DNA of 64,000 nt from Antedon mediterranea (lineage: Eukaryota; Animalia; Echinodermata). Position numbers and translations under genes: made by a program. The notes beneath the pieces were generated by a model. The model was not told the DNA's origin, did no database searches, and saw nothing but the letters and a program-made list of their open reading frames with translations. This document shows positions 37,661-51,500 of this stretch, piece after piece; positions within the stretch are counted from its first letter, which is position 1; every line of letters begins with the position of its first letter. The DNA is taken from contig NC_092675.1 of assembly GCF_964355755.1 (NCBI RefSeq), positions 5,885,812 through 5,949,811 on the forward strand, given 5' to 3'.

Positions 37661-39984
37661 ATTCGTTCACGTCGATAAAGCATGGTTCCCCCTAGAACGC
37701 AACGCTGCGACGTATCGACGCAAAATGATGTATTGCGTAATCTTAATCACAAGTGGGAACCGACGAAAATCGCAGGTTTGAGTTCACGCAAGTGGGGGAA
37801 AACACAATTATTGGACGGGTATTTTCTTACGTTGCGTAGGTTGCGTTACGTTGCGTCGCTAGTGGGAACAATCTTAAGCCTGATCTTTACGTCCAGTGTT
37901 TGGGCCTATGTAATTGAGAACTAAACTGAGACTGAAATGTTTACAGACCTCCTTTAGTATACGTCCATCATGTAACATTGTTTAGTTAACCACATGGGCC
38001 TTTTATTTAGGCCTCATTAGTCTTTCTTTCGTGTACAGTTTATGTTGTTGACCAAGTCCATTTTTTCACCAACAGAAAAAAGGACATTCCTTTTTTTCTC
38101 ATTTTACATACAGACAATTACATCATAAATCTATCAGAACATATATAATAGCATCGTGAAAACAAAACACAATAATTTTTATTTTCCAGAAAAAAAGTAA
38201 TTTTTATTTTGCCTGATTAACCAAAAATACAGCTAATATCTCTCCTCAAAACAAAGCTAACACTGAATACAGATATCGTAAGTTTTGCTCATAAAAGAGT
38301 ATTGCGCAAATTGCAAATCGCACTTGGGACCCTGGATATTGTAAATCGGACCCTGGATATTGTATTTATTCTAAAACTATGGACATGAAAACAGTGCTGA
38401 AACAGCTGTTTGTAAATATAGGTTTTCAAGAAAGGGAAATCTTTAGCAATTTCTGATTAGTGGCTGAACGGGAGGTTATTACCCCAATTAAATACTGACT
38501 AATCGGTATTATGTTTTACAATAACGTTCAAAATATATTTTCGAAAACTCAACGTATGCACATGAAATATGAAAAATACAAAAATATATTGTTAACTTTA
38601 TAATAAACAGATTGGAAAATATCGCTTGTAAAATTTAGCAAAAAAAAAGGTTTGTTTCTACTTTTCTACTATAGCCTACTGTAATAACTGTTGTATAAAC
38701 TTGTTTTAATTGTTTACCCCCTTATGAAAATATTTAGCAAGCAACAATTATTGCAGTGACTGAACCAAACTAAAACGTACATTATTGCAATGAAAGTTTT
38801 ATATTTGTTATCACTAAATTGTCCCCATTACTAAATATACTCTCACTCTCACTTTAATTATTATGCAAAAACAAAGACTTATTTGGCTATTATAGTATTA
38901 AGGGCGGCAATAATGTACTAATGTTTAAAACTAGTTTTTATAAGTTATACAATCCAGGTCTATACTACTTTCGTATGGTGCTTTATAGGTTTTTCAGATA
39001 GGCCTAATTCAAGTTATGCAGTTTTTGCATGATATTTTTCTATGTTAATGTGTTGATGTTTGTGTGTACTTTTTATACTGATTTTATGTAAATGCAATAC
39101 TGTATTTTCAACTTCTGCTGCTTTTTGTATATATTATTATGTTTTTTTATACCGAAATAAATAAATAAATAAATAAATTTATTATCTCAACCTCCCATGT
39201 TATATTGAATGCAAAGAAGAAATACATTCTTTAATTAAAATCCAAGAAAATGTAAGTTACCTAATCCTTTTTTGCAAACCCAAGAAAAATGTCATTGAAC
39301 TGTTTAGCTCTTGGCTGCTTAATTGTGTGTTATGCTATATGCATAGTGGTTTTTAGTAAACCAGAAATTAACCTTCAAAATGTAAAATATTATAAAGCCG
39401 GAAGAATAAATTATTTTACTCGATGCATTCTTCCAAACACAAGAAAATGTACTTTATATTTTAAGATTGATCAAAATGATTTAATAACCAATTAAGTAAC
39501 CAGTGCGTTTATAATTATAAAAACCACTTATACTCATAATATGTCATATTTATGAAAATATTGAGTGATCGAGTGTTTTAAATAATTAAATTTAAATAAA
39601 CTAAAACTTAACTGACTTTTGGCCTGTGTTTTTGCTGTTTTGCAATATCGTTTATTGTGTAAGACTGTAGCCTATGATTCATGCCTCAACACGTACTTCC
39701 TCTGCCTGCTGCTCGGTGAATCCTAAGTGGATTTCGAAATTTTCTAATTATCGTAATGAGCAATCGGTAAAAACTGGTTTTATCCTGAATATAATATATA
39801 ATATTTAGTCTTTTACTAAAAACATGTGGAGTTTTTAAAAGATTTTTTTGTAATAGTAATATAGGACATTGTATTTACTTTGTTATTAATTAGGCCTATT
39901 TTTAATTTAATATAACAAATGTTAACGGAACTTCTAGTCTTCCAGTTTTTCAGAAATTAGTATTTTAACTAACAGTCAGATGTA

Positions 39985-40200
39985 TATATTGTTTGAAGGT
40001 TTGCATGGCGAAATCAAATGTTGATATAAAGTTTGCGGTATACCACGTATAATTACTTCTAAAAAGAACTGTTGAGTTTCTCGACGTTTCGATCAATATA
40101 CTTTGATCGTCCTCAGGAGTATTGATCGAAACGTCGAGAAACTCAACAGTTCTTTTCAAAACTAATCAGATTTATGCTATTAAAACATCCCCATACACAG
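39985..40200. mobile_element. Penelope-like element terminal remnant (inverted duplication)
   Basis: 37-bp perfect inverted arms at 40062-40098 and 40120-40156 containing gacgtttcg / cgaaacgtc, the usual PLE LTR signature. Confidence 0.65.
40080..40119 (-). ncRNA. Minimal type I hammerhead ribozyme motif
   Basis: Minus strand reads CUC-CUGAGGA-C-GAUCAA(aguaua)UUGAUC-GAAA-CGUC-GAG: conserved core, stem II, palindromic minimal stem III and a 3-bp stem I. Confidence 0.55.
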
Positions 40201-41003
40201 TATACAATAATTTCAAATATTATATAAACCTATAATATACTTATTAAATAAAGCAAAGATTTATCCTAAACCGTCCAGCGATGTGATGTACTGAGATATA
40301 TAATTATAATATACTTTATAAGTGCGATAGCGAAATTTATTAAAACTAATCATAAACTAAACATTTATAATGGATACAAACTTTTCCTGATTACAAATAT
40401 TTTATATCTGTATCTGTTTGTAATATAATCCGCTACCAAAACAATACCAGCTAGTATCGTAAAGTATTAATTTCAAAATAGACAAACGTTAATGGATTTT
40501 AAAAGTGAACATTTTTTTACAAACTATTATGACCTTGGGTATTTTCAGTATTCACAAGATCCGGATGCATTAAGGCCACCGACGTTCACATTATTACAGA
40601 TCATATACTTATTTTTAAACGATAATTTAATATCAATGATTTCCGGATCTCACTATGGAAAACTGTTACTTGGGTAGGCCTAACTTGAAGGTGATTGGCT
40701 AATATGTTGCACTTTAAATAGTTGCCTAGGCATCGTGCTGTTTCTCTCTTCAAACTGCTAATAATAGTTATATTTATTTTACCCATTTGAATTTCTTAAG
40801 TTTTAAGTCCGCGACGAAAGAGTTCTGAGGTCAGCTGAACTCTTTTTTCCGTCCTGCACTAGGCATCAATTAACATTAACATAAGTTAGCAAATACTGAG
40901 TAAATTCACCGTTTGTGGAAAGTTTCTAATGTATGCGTTTTAACATATTCAATGAAGCTTTCGTTTTCTAAATTGTACTTTATTTTGGAAATGTATCGTA
41001 AAA

Positions 41004-41180
41004 GGTCTTTCACACCTTTTTCGGCACGGTTCCGGTCCGGCGCCGGAAAATCCAATCGTCAATGTTTCGTTTTCGTGGCTACAAACATGGCGCATTGATT
41101 GGCACAAGCCGCATGGAGCGTCGTGAAAAGGAAACATTATTCGCCGGACCGGAACCGTGCCGGAACAGGTGTGAAAGACC
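41004..41180. mobile_element. Harbinger-type MITE (177 bp)
   Basis: TIR ggtctttcacacct.tt.cggcacggttccggtccggcg at both ends. Confidence 0.75.
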
Positions 41181-42507
41181 AGGGAAGAGTTAATTCTTCC
41201 CTGGAAAGTTCTAAAATAGATCAACAGTCCTGACCTTCTCACACGTACATTATAGGAATTATATGTAAAATTTATGTCCAGATTGTTTTTTATTGTTTCA
41301 GCAGCACATAAATAACTATGTTCGACTCTAATTGCTTAAAATCTTTGTATCGACTTTGTATTTCTTAATTAATTTAAAACTGAGTAACCTGCAATGTATA
41401 GGCCTACTGGTCCTTGGGTCAGTAAGCTCCTGACAGAAAATTTCGTGGACTACAGTATAATAAAGCATTGGGTTCCTACCACCGTATTTATTTACTATTT
41501 TCCCCACATTTCTATTTTTACATTTTTTTTTCTGAAGCCTCCGTCCAAAAAGTCCCAACTTAACATCCCCCATGTTCCAATAAATTACTAACGGTAAATT
41601 GTAATCAATTAAATTCGTACGTCCAGGACTTTAAATTAGAAACATCCATTACACAATCCGGGTTGTTGTCTGAAATTGCAAAATGATTTCCTATTTATTT
41701 ATTCTCCTAATAATCAAATTTTAGGTACAGCAGCAAACATATCATTTATCCGGGTTAGGTAAAATGCATTATACAGTACTGTAACATTACCGTAGTGGGC
41801 GTTGTAGTCAATTTTGAAAATCAATCATCAGTGGAATGCCGTTATGGCGTTTCATACCGACATAAATAAAAACAAACAAAACGTGCAGTGAGTGGATGGA
41901 AGGTCTATGGTCGACATCATCAAGAAAAGCCCTAAAAACTAATAATTATACGTAATAAGTAACGTGTGTTTAATTACGATTTTCTTGATAACTGTTCTAT
42001 TGAAATATGCTTACGGTTGAAACTAAACTAACCATAACCATAAATGATACCTGTTTAGTTGGTCTAGCCTAGCTAGGCTTAGGCGTCCAGAGCAGGAGGA
42101 GGCTCTTTTCTCCTCCTCTCCCGGACCCCTCTCTGACCTGCCAGGAGAGCTTCAATATGAATTTGGCCCAGGCCTAGCCCAAGATTATTATTATTAGGGT
42201 AATAATAAATATTAATTACAAATGAATACCTACCTTTTTTAGGCTAGCTAGGCCTACTACTAGATAGTACTAGTAGTAGCCTAGTTAGTTAGTATAGTAG
42301 GCTAGTAAGTAAGTCAAAAAAGTTAGTCCTACTCCTACCTATTTATTTAAACGTTTCTTTTTGTATTTCTTTAGATAATACCAGCTAACTAGGAAAAGGC
42401 CTAGATAAGATAAGAGGCTACGCCTGCGTACAACATCTACTAGTAGGTCTAAAAGGCATACATTTTAACGTTTACGCACTATGAATCATCTAGCCTAACT
42501 ATAAATA

Positions 42508-45500
42508 ATGCATCAACTGCAAGGTAAATTGTGCTTTCTGCTGGTCTTTGTAATTTTACATGCGGAAAATGGTAAGTATTTAAGTCAATCTAAATATGTA
42601 CTGAGATCATAGTAGTATTTTTTTTTTTAATTAAGAACTTAAACATTCATTAAAATATTTTTATTTCTATTTTCAAGGAAATTCATTTGAAACAATACAT
42701 TTTAAAAGTAAAACTGCAATTAATGTACAAACATCAGCTGCATACGATGTCATTTTAAGAATCCTTCCACCAAACACTGCAGCACAGTTTAAAGTCTCTG
42801 TCAATCCTGACATTGGCCCGTCTCACCTCACAACTTACAAGGTAAAAGACTCTTCTGTTATAAGATCTGACATCAACAGGTGATTGTTCTTGCAATGTCA
42901 TTATGAAAGGGTCTTTCATAGAAGCACAATTTACACATTAGTAAACATAAATTGTTCAGCTCCAAGTTCGGCCGCCGTCTTGCTTGAATTCCACTAAATT
43001 CAATCCATGGGCTAAAGTAAAAGAGAAATTAATGAATCACATTTCATAAATCGAAATGAAAACTCATTTTTTCTTTTCTCTTTCTTTTTCTTCTATATTG
43101 AGAAAAATTAAAAAGAATACTGATGTAACTTTTTTAATACACTTATTGTATTTTACCTATAAAACAGAAAGAAAGGCCAAATTTGATAAGAGTGTATGTG
43201 CCAATATAAGCAATTATATTATTTTTTTTAAAGATATCTCTTTTAACCATATTATAGTACATACATGTTATAAACAAATTTTTTTAAACATTTTTTTTTA
43301 ATTTAATCTTTCTATGTCTTTGTCATGGAATGGAATACTGAATAAAAGTGGGCTAAACCCACGAAAGAGAAAAACAAATTTAATCCATGTCCTCTTTTTC
43401 TCTTCCCTTCTACAACTGAAAATGAAAATTGATGAGTAATATATATTCAAAGATGTCACTCTGTGAGCTAGATTTAAAGCCCAGCATTTGATTTAGTACC
43501 GATGCCAATGTATATATAATTTTGTTATAATATTATTTTACAACTTTTTTTTTGCAGTTTTCGTCTGATGGCAAGATAGTTTATATCACTGGTACATCAG
43601 GTGTAGCAGTTGTTTGGGGATTCCATCACTATTTAAAACACTACTGTAATTGTCACATCTCATGGCAGGGGAGTCAACTAGATCTCCCTTCACCTCTCCC
43701 AGTTGTCAGTCCAGAAGTCTTAATAACAAGCTTAAATCAGTATGTAAATTTTGCTGCAATGCCTTTTAGTTTTATAGCTTTATGAAATTCATTGACAATT
43801 TATAGCTCACAAAAATAAATATACTAGATGAAGAATCAATGACATCGCAAAAAAAAATGATGATAGATAATTTATTTCAATATTATATACATGTATGAAC
43901 AGCTCCTATAATTATGCTGTTTATAATCGGAGCGCAATTGTGTTTGAAATATGTAAACATGATTAAATTTAATAGGCTAATTAAACCTATTTTATCTACA
44001 AGTAACCCATTTACACCTTGCTGGAGAGAGGCAAACGTAAGAAAAATGTCTTTCATAAGGGCACAAGTATTGCGATGAGCGTTGTTACTGAAAATCCAAC
44101 ATAACTTTACCACATGACCTTACATGATTCAAAATTTAAGGCTGGAAAATTCAAAGTACATACGGATGCAGTATACACAAACTATTTGTCATTTTGAAAA
44201 ACAAAACACCCTTAAAATCGTAATGAAACAGGTAACCATAATATGATTAATATTTTGTTGTTCCTGCAGCTTTTGATAGAATCTGCACTGCATTAATTTA
44301 ATGTCATTTAATTGAATAGAATATGACTTTGCTTTTCATTTATAAACCTAGGGTACGCTATTATCAAAATGTTTGTACTGTCAGTTATTCGTTTGTGTTC
44401 TGGAACTGGACAAGATGGGAACAACACATAGATTGGATGGCCCTGAATGGTATCAACCTACCGTTGGCATTCACAGCACAAGAGAGCATCTGGCAACGAG
44501 TCTATCTAAAAATGGGCTTAACTCAGCAAGACCTAGATGAGCATTTTGCTGGCCCAGCATTTTTAGCATGGTAAATACATCTAATACTGAAATTCTAAGT
44601 ACAGTATTACTATTCCTACTACTACTACTACTACTACTACTGCTATACTACTACAATACTACCAAGTACTACTACTACAACTACTACTTACTACTAATAC
44701 TACTACAACTACTACTACTTGTACTACTACTAGTACTACTACTACTTGTACTACTACTACTGCTGCTACTAATACTATTACTACTACTACTTGTACTACT
44801 AATACTTGTACTACTACTACTTTATTACTACTATACTATTACAATATTACCAAGTACTACTACTTTACTACTACTACTACTACTACAACTACTACTTTAC
44901 TACTTACTACTACTACTTGTGCTACTACTTGTGCTACTACTTGTACTACTACTACTTGTAGTACTACTACTACTACTTGTACTACTACTACTACTACTTA
45001 CTACTACTACTACTACTATACTATTACAATACTACCAAGTACTACTACTGGACTGCAGTACTAAAGTACTGTATGTAAGTGCCTAAAATAGTAATGATTT
45101 TTATTTCACCAGGAGTAGAATGGGCAACATAAATGCATGGGGTGGACCTTTATCATCACATTGGCACACATTTCAACTTGACCTTCAACATAGGATTCTG
45201 AAACGAATGCGTTCTCTTGGCATGATGCCAGTTTTGCCTACTTTTGCCGGACATATACCAAATGCAATCACAAGGTACGTCCAAACTTTTCTAATATCAT
45301 AAAAGGAAAATCAAGGTACACTAGTATACAAATAAAGCCCTGTCTACACTATCAAACTAGTTTGTCGAAAAAAATGTTTGATGTGCCCAAATATTTATAG
45401 TGATATTCCCAAATATGGTAGTGATATGACATTATCATGTCCAAATATTTGATCACATTTTTTTGTCACATAAAGTTTGATAGTTTAGACAGAGCTTAAT

Positions 45501-48500
45501 GAATTTTTATGTGTGGCATGGTACAAATAAAGGCATGGCGTGAATGATGGAAGGTTATATTTGTATTTAATTTATAGCTTTTCATCATACATACTATTGC
45601 ACGCTATGTGACCCACAATCATCCAATCAAATGACAGGATTTTTATTTAGGTGTTATATAAACCTGAATATTGCATTATTAAATTAAACTTTCCAGTATA
45701 TTTAGCACCAATTAATTATTATTGTTATTTTATTTTAGATTATTCCCAAATGCTTCTGTTACAAGATTAAGAAATTGGGGCCACTTTAGTGACCCTTACT
45801 GCTGGTAATTTTTATTTTATTCCTTTCAGCAAAACATTACATAAAATTAAACATTCAACATAATTAAAGTGGATTTCTGAGGAAAGTCAAGTTTACGCCA
45901 CTATCACCATATATATGTTGTTATTTTGATTTCATTGAAGAAGAACAACAACAAAAGTTCATAATACCGTATATCCTCTGGTATAATCTCACCCACATAG
46001 AACATAAATTGGGTCCGACTATACCAGGAAAAAAAATGAGTGGTAAAGCATTTCTTGTAAAAACTCATCTAACTGGCTAGAGAGAGGCCTACATCCAGAC
46101 CAAATGTCAATACTGGGACTATACCCTGGGGATGCCTGTTTGTGAAATCAGAGGAAGAGGTGGGATTAAACCAGAAGTGGGATGTTACCTGAGGATATAC
46201 CGTACATACATGAATACAACAACATTTACTTGAAAAAGTTATTGCAAAAAATTAATTATAAACTAGATATACAATAAATCATCAATTATTACCCCTGTAG
46301 TTGTACAGTATTACATTCCTGTATAGAATGAAACAATTTTGTTTGAAGGTAAAATTACTTTTCATGTTTTATTTATTCCAGCACATACTTACTCGATTCC
46401 CAGGACCCATTGTTTAAGCAAATTGGTACTGCTTTTATTAAAGAAGTAAGTTTAACAGAATATAGTTTTTGATACATTTTTATGTCTTGGTGTGAGTTTT
46501 ACTGTTATTGACATAATTTCTGAAAAACTTTTGAAACTAAAGTTGAACTGATATATGTTGAGATTTTAAATGTTTATTTTTGATCAAATCTTTGTTTTAG
46601 ATGATTGAAGAATATAATGGAACTGACCATGTTTATAATGGTGACTTGTTCAATGAAATGACTCCATCATCAAGGTATTATAATGTTTTTAATGGCGACA
46701 TTTTCAATGAAATAATTACGTAATCGTAAAGGTATTATATTACAGTAAAACTCCTCCTTTGGGACACCCCTATTAAGGGGATACTTTTATGTGAAATGAA
46801 CGAGGGGATATATATTTCAACACCATGGCTAACCCCTATTTAAGGGACACCCCTATGGGGACACTTCCATGTGAAATGAACGAGGGGATATATATTTCAA
46901 CACTATGGCCAACCCCTATTAAGGGGAAACTTTTATGTGGAATGAACGAGGGGATATATATTTCAACACCATGGCCATCCCCTATTTAAGGGACACCCCT
47001 ATTAAGGGGAAACTTTCATGTGAAATGAACGAGGAGATATATATGTCAACACCATGGCCAACCCCTATTTAAAGGACACCCCTATTAAGGGGATACTTTC
47101 AAGAATTACACCTACACATAAATGTGTCTACTTTGTATGTATATTTTGGACATATATCTGGGCATTTAAAATTCACCATTTAAAAAAAGAGTCGAGGAAT
47201 AATTGTCTGGAAAGCTTGTAGATTGTGTAATTTTCTCATTTTTTTCAGCATTTTTTTTACAATTCTCATAATTTAATGTTAATATTATTCCCTATCAAAT
47301 ATAACACAATTATTATGTACAAGCTGATCTATCTGGGCATTTAAAATTCACCATCTAAAAAAGAGCCAAGGAATAATTGGATCTCTGGCAAGCTTGTAGA
47401 TCACATAATTTTCTCATTTTTTCAGCATTTTTTTTACAATTCTCATAATTTAAAGTTAATAGTATTATTAAATTATTATTATTCCCTACCGAATATTATG
47501 TACAAGCTGATTTTATTATAATTGTGATAGTGTGTTTCATGGTTCAAGTTCCAAGAATGCTTCAGACTAAACAGGAAATTATTCTTACTGAATTAATTCA
47601 TAAACTTAATAGATTGAAGCTTAAAATATTCCCAAATGGAATAATGAAATAACCTTCTGTATTAAAAACTTAAGTACCAATAAATATAGTTTTGTAAAGT
47701 AACCTCCCCTAAAAGGTCATGTGGTTTCTTAAGATGTATTGTCCCCCAAAAACATTAAAAAAAGAAGATTAATTATTAATCAGACTTTCAATATGTTATT
47801 TTGTAGTTCTAATCAAGTTAATCACTTCCATAGAAAAAAATAAAAACAATAATGTTTTCACTTGTAAAATGACAAAATAAATAATTAAATTCAACCAAAA
47901 ACCCTATTGGCTGGCAGCTAATTTGACCATTTTTTGCTTTAAATTACAGTTTTTTCAGGTAAATACATTTTCGATTGAATTTTTTGTCAAATACCTATTA
48001 TGTTACATTAAATGGCATATTCAACAACAATTTTATTAATAATTATTTTTTCAGAGGGACAATACATCTTTAGGCATTTTTAGCCACATTCCTCATTCAC
48101 ACTTATATATTACTTCATAATTATATCTCATAACTTTCTATGTTAAGGGAACGTCCTTAGAATTTAAAAATAGTTGTATATATTGTAAATACTACTTATT
48201 AAGGAAAATCCTTTTATGGGAAATATCTTGCCAAATTGTCATTGAAAACCAATTTTTTATGTTTTCGGTTTTTTTCACATTAGAAAAACACTATGAACTG
48301 TTAAATATATTTTATTTCATTTATTTATTTATATCAATTTTGATTTCAGTGACCCAGATTATCTTTCTGCAGCTAGCCGTGGTGTTTATGATACGATAGC
48401 AGCAGCTGATTCTGGGGGTGTGTGGTTGATGCAGGCATGGTTATTTACTAAAGGAACATTCTGGACTCATGAAGCGATTAAAGCCTTCCTTGGTGGTGTA

Positions 48501-51500
48501 CCAAAGGTAAGGTTTTGGTAAAAGGCTATTTTTATCCCTCTTACCGTATTGTTTCTAATAAACGCCCCGCCCATAATAAATGCCCCCTCTGAGGTTTTTT
48601 CCATATTGTAATGCAAATAGAATTGCATGTGTATCCTGTCCTTAGATTGGTATTAAAGGGAAATATATTTATTTCACCCACTAGCGATGGACTTATTGCT
48701 GTTCAAATAACTAGCAAACAGGATATGGCCTAGATATAGCTTGCACATTAACTTGTTTTTCAACAAATAAACTTGTTAACTGTTTTAAAGCAGCCTGTTT
48801 AGGTTATTTTTTGGTGTTAAAATTTACCTCCAATAAACGCCCCCCCCCCCCCCTTTTTCTGAAAAAATGCAACGCCCCCGGGGCGTTTATTAGAACCAAT
48901 ACGGTATATGTTTACATCTTTTTTCAGTAGTAAATTAGATGTAAACATTAGATTATATAAACTTTATTCGTCAAATATGTAAACAAAAAATTGGCAAGAT
49001 ATTGGGCCTTAATTGACAATACAATAAATACATCTCAAAATACATAATGAGATAATTATAAAAAACTAAATATGTTAAATTGCAATAAAATTTCAAGTTA
49101 CCATACCATTATTGTTTTACCATAAGATATTGATGTACATTTAAAATACCTACAACCAATCCAATTACAGAACGTTTTACAATATGAATTGTACTGGTTT
49201 ATTTTGTGTGATTATTACAGTAACGAATAAAATACTGTAGATGTGGGGTAGAGAATTAAAATGTATGATTTATTCATAGGGTAAGCTTATTTTACTTGAT
49301 CTTCAAGCAGAGAGCCAGCCAGTGTACAACAGAACCAGCTCATTCTTTGGTCAGCCCTTCATCTGGTCTATGCTGCATAACTTTGGAGGTAACCATGGCA
49401 TGTATGGCATGCTAGATGCTGTTAATCAGGTATTGGATGTTTAATACCCTTTTAACATCTTCATAAATTGTAAAAAGTTGTAACCATGTTTGATCTCCCG
49501 ATTTATTACATGTTTTCATATTCACAAACCATTAGAAATCTTGGAAGAAGGCATAGTTGCGCGATATTCGATTATTATGATTAGTTAGTTTAATACCAGG
49601 ACAATACACGAACTAGCAGACATCTTAGAACAAAAAAAGACATGCCTCTTGCCGGTGTGTTTTTCTCCCAAGATTTCACCGGAGTCCCATGTGAAATCTC
49701 AGGAGATTTTCCAGAAAATTGTTTTCACACTACGGAAACCTTTTAACAAGTTGTTACTTTTTGCAAATATGAAAAGGGTATAAGTGTACAGAAAAATGCA
49801 AGCTATATGGCCAATATGAACCTGTAACAATTTATAGGTCATCATCATTGAATCGCCGTACAGCCATCGCCGTAAATTGCTGTGACGTCACAGATGTATC
49901 GCAAAATCTACTTAATGAGTCCAGATAAGCAAAAGAAACAATAAAAAAAATTAACATTTAAATTTTGTACGATTTATTTACAAATTGTGTTTAATAGAAA
50001 TTTTCCCGGTTTGCCTGACTTTGCCAGAGAACTCATGACGTAAATTTTGCGATGCACATGTGATGTCACAGCAATTTACGGCGACGGCAGTACGGGGAGC
50101 GTGTGCGGCAATATCCTTAATCTCGCGATCGTTCTGAAATCATATGTACACCCCTAATACGTGGTTAAAATATGGTCCTCGGTCAAGTTGTCCTTTAAGG
50201 ATATAAATATTCATATTTGTTTTAATTATAGGGACCATTTGATGCGATGAAATATAAGGATAGTAGTATGATTGGTACCGGTTTATCACCAGAAGGAATC
50301 GATCAAAACTACATTATTTATGATTTCATGAGTGACCTGATGTGGAGGAATAAATCTGTGGATATCCAAAAATGGTATTTTAATTTATTTGTATACATTT
50401 GGTTTTAAAACATCATAAGTTTAGAAATTCTAAGAGATATACCTAATTGGCCGTTTGGTTATTTAAACATCCATTTATATTCAAATACACAATTTCTGAT
50501 GTGGTTTTAAAGTAGTTTGAAAAAATATTATTTAAGCAAATTATATTGCTAAATTTCTTTGAAGATCAGTGTTGTGAACTACACTATGCTGTGAAGTCCA
50601 CCATAGTTGTTGTTAGGGACTTTTAGATTTTTATGTCGACTGCTACCCTATGACGTCATTTTTATGATATTACAATAGTTGACTGACAAATTTGAGCACT
50701 TGTTTATTGGCATTTTGTCATTTGCTCTCTGACATGAGTAAAGTTTAAATAACTTATAAACCATTTTATACATTTTCTCAGTCAGTTCTTATTAATATTT
50801 AATTTTTGCAGGATTAAAAATTATTCATTACGGCGCTATGGATCTGAGTCCGCAAGCCAGGCTCTTTTGCTACTTGCTAGGTCTGTCTACAACTGCACAG
50901 ATGCTCATGAGGATCACTGCGCAGCCATAGTTGTCAAACGGCCTACCAAAGACATGTCATACCAAGTAAGGTTGTATTGTGTACATTTCTGAATCTTTGT
51001 GGACAAAAACGTCATCACTCTCTGACCATGAAAGATTAAACCAAAAACAAGGACTTAACGTTAGTTAGTGGTCTCTGTATAATTTTTGGCTAGTTAGGCT
51101 GTTTTAATAATAATAATATCCTGGATTTATATAGTGCTATGAAACCTCTAAAGGGCTGAACATTATTACCCTGGTCATTTATGCATCCAACATGTATGGA
51201 AACATACTACCATAATACAGCTGGTAATCAGCGCAAAGGTGTGTCTTGATCAAACCGGGTACCCATTTATACACCTGGGTGGAGAGAGGCAAACATAAGT
51301 AAGTATCTTGCCTTAGGATACAAGCAATGCGGCGAAAGTTGGATTCGAACCGCGATCTCACGATTAGTAGTCCAACACACTGCGCCACACACCCTTGCAC
51401 AATTGTTGTCTATCCACCTTTACAGAAAAAGTAGCATTAACAGAATATTTCCTTTATTATCACAATAAACCAAAAGAAAATGAGTACAGTAATGGTTGTT

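Noticed and set aside
44568-45086. 172-aa poly-Leu ORF
   Set aside because: Translation of the (ACT)n microsatellite inside a NAGLU intron.
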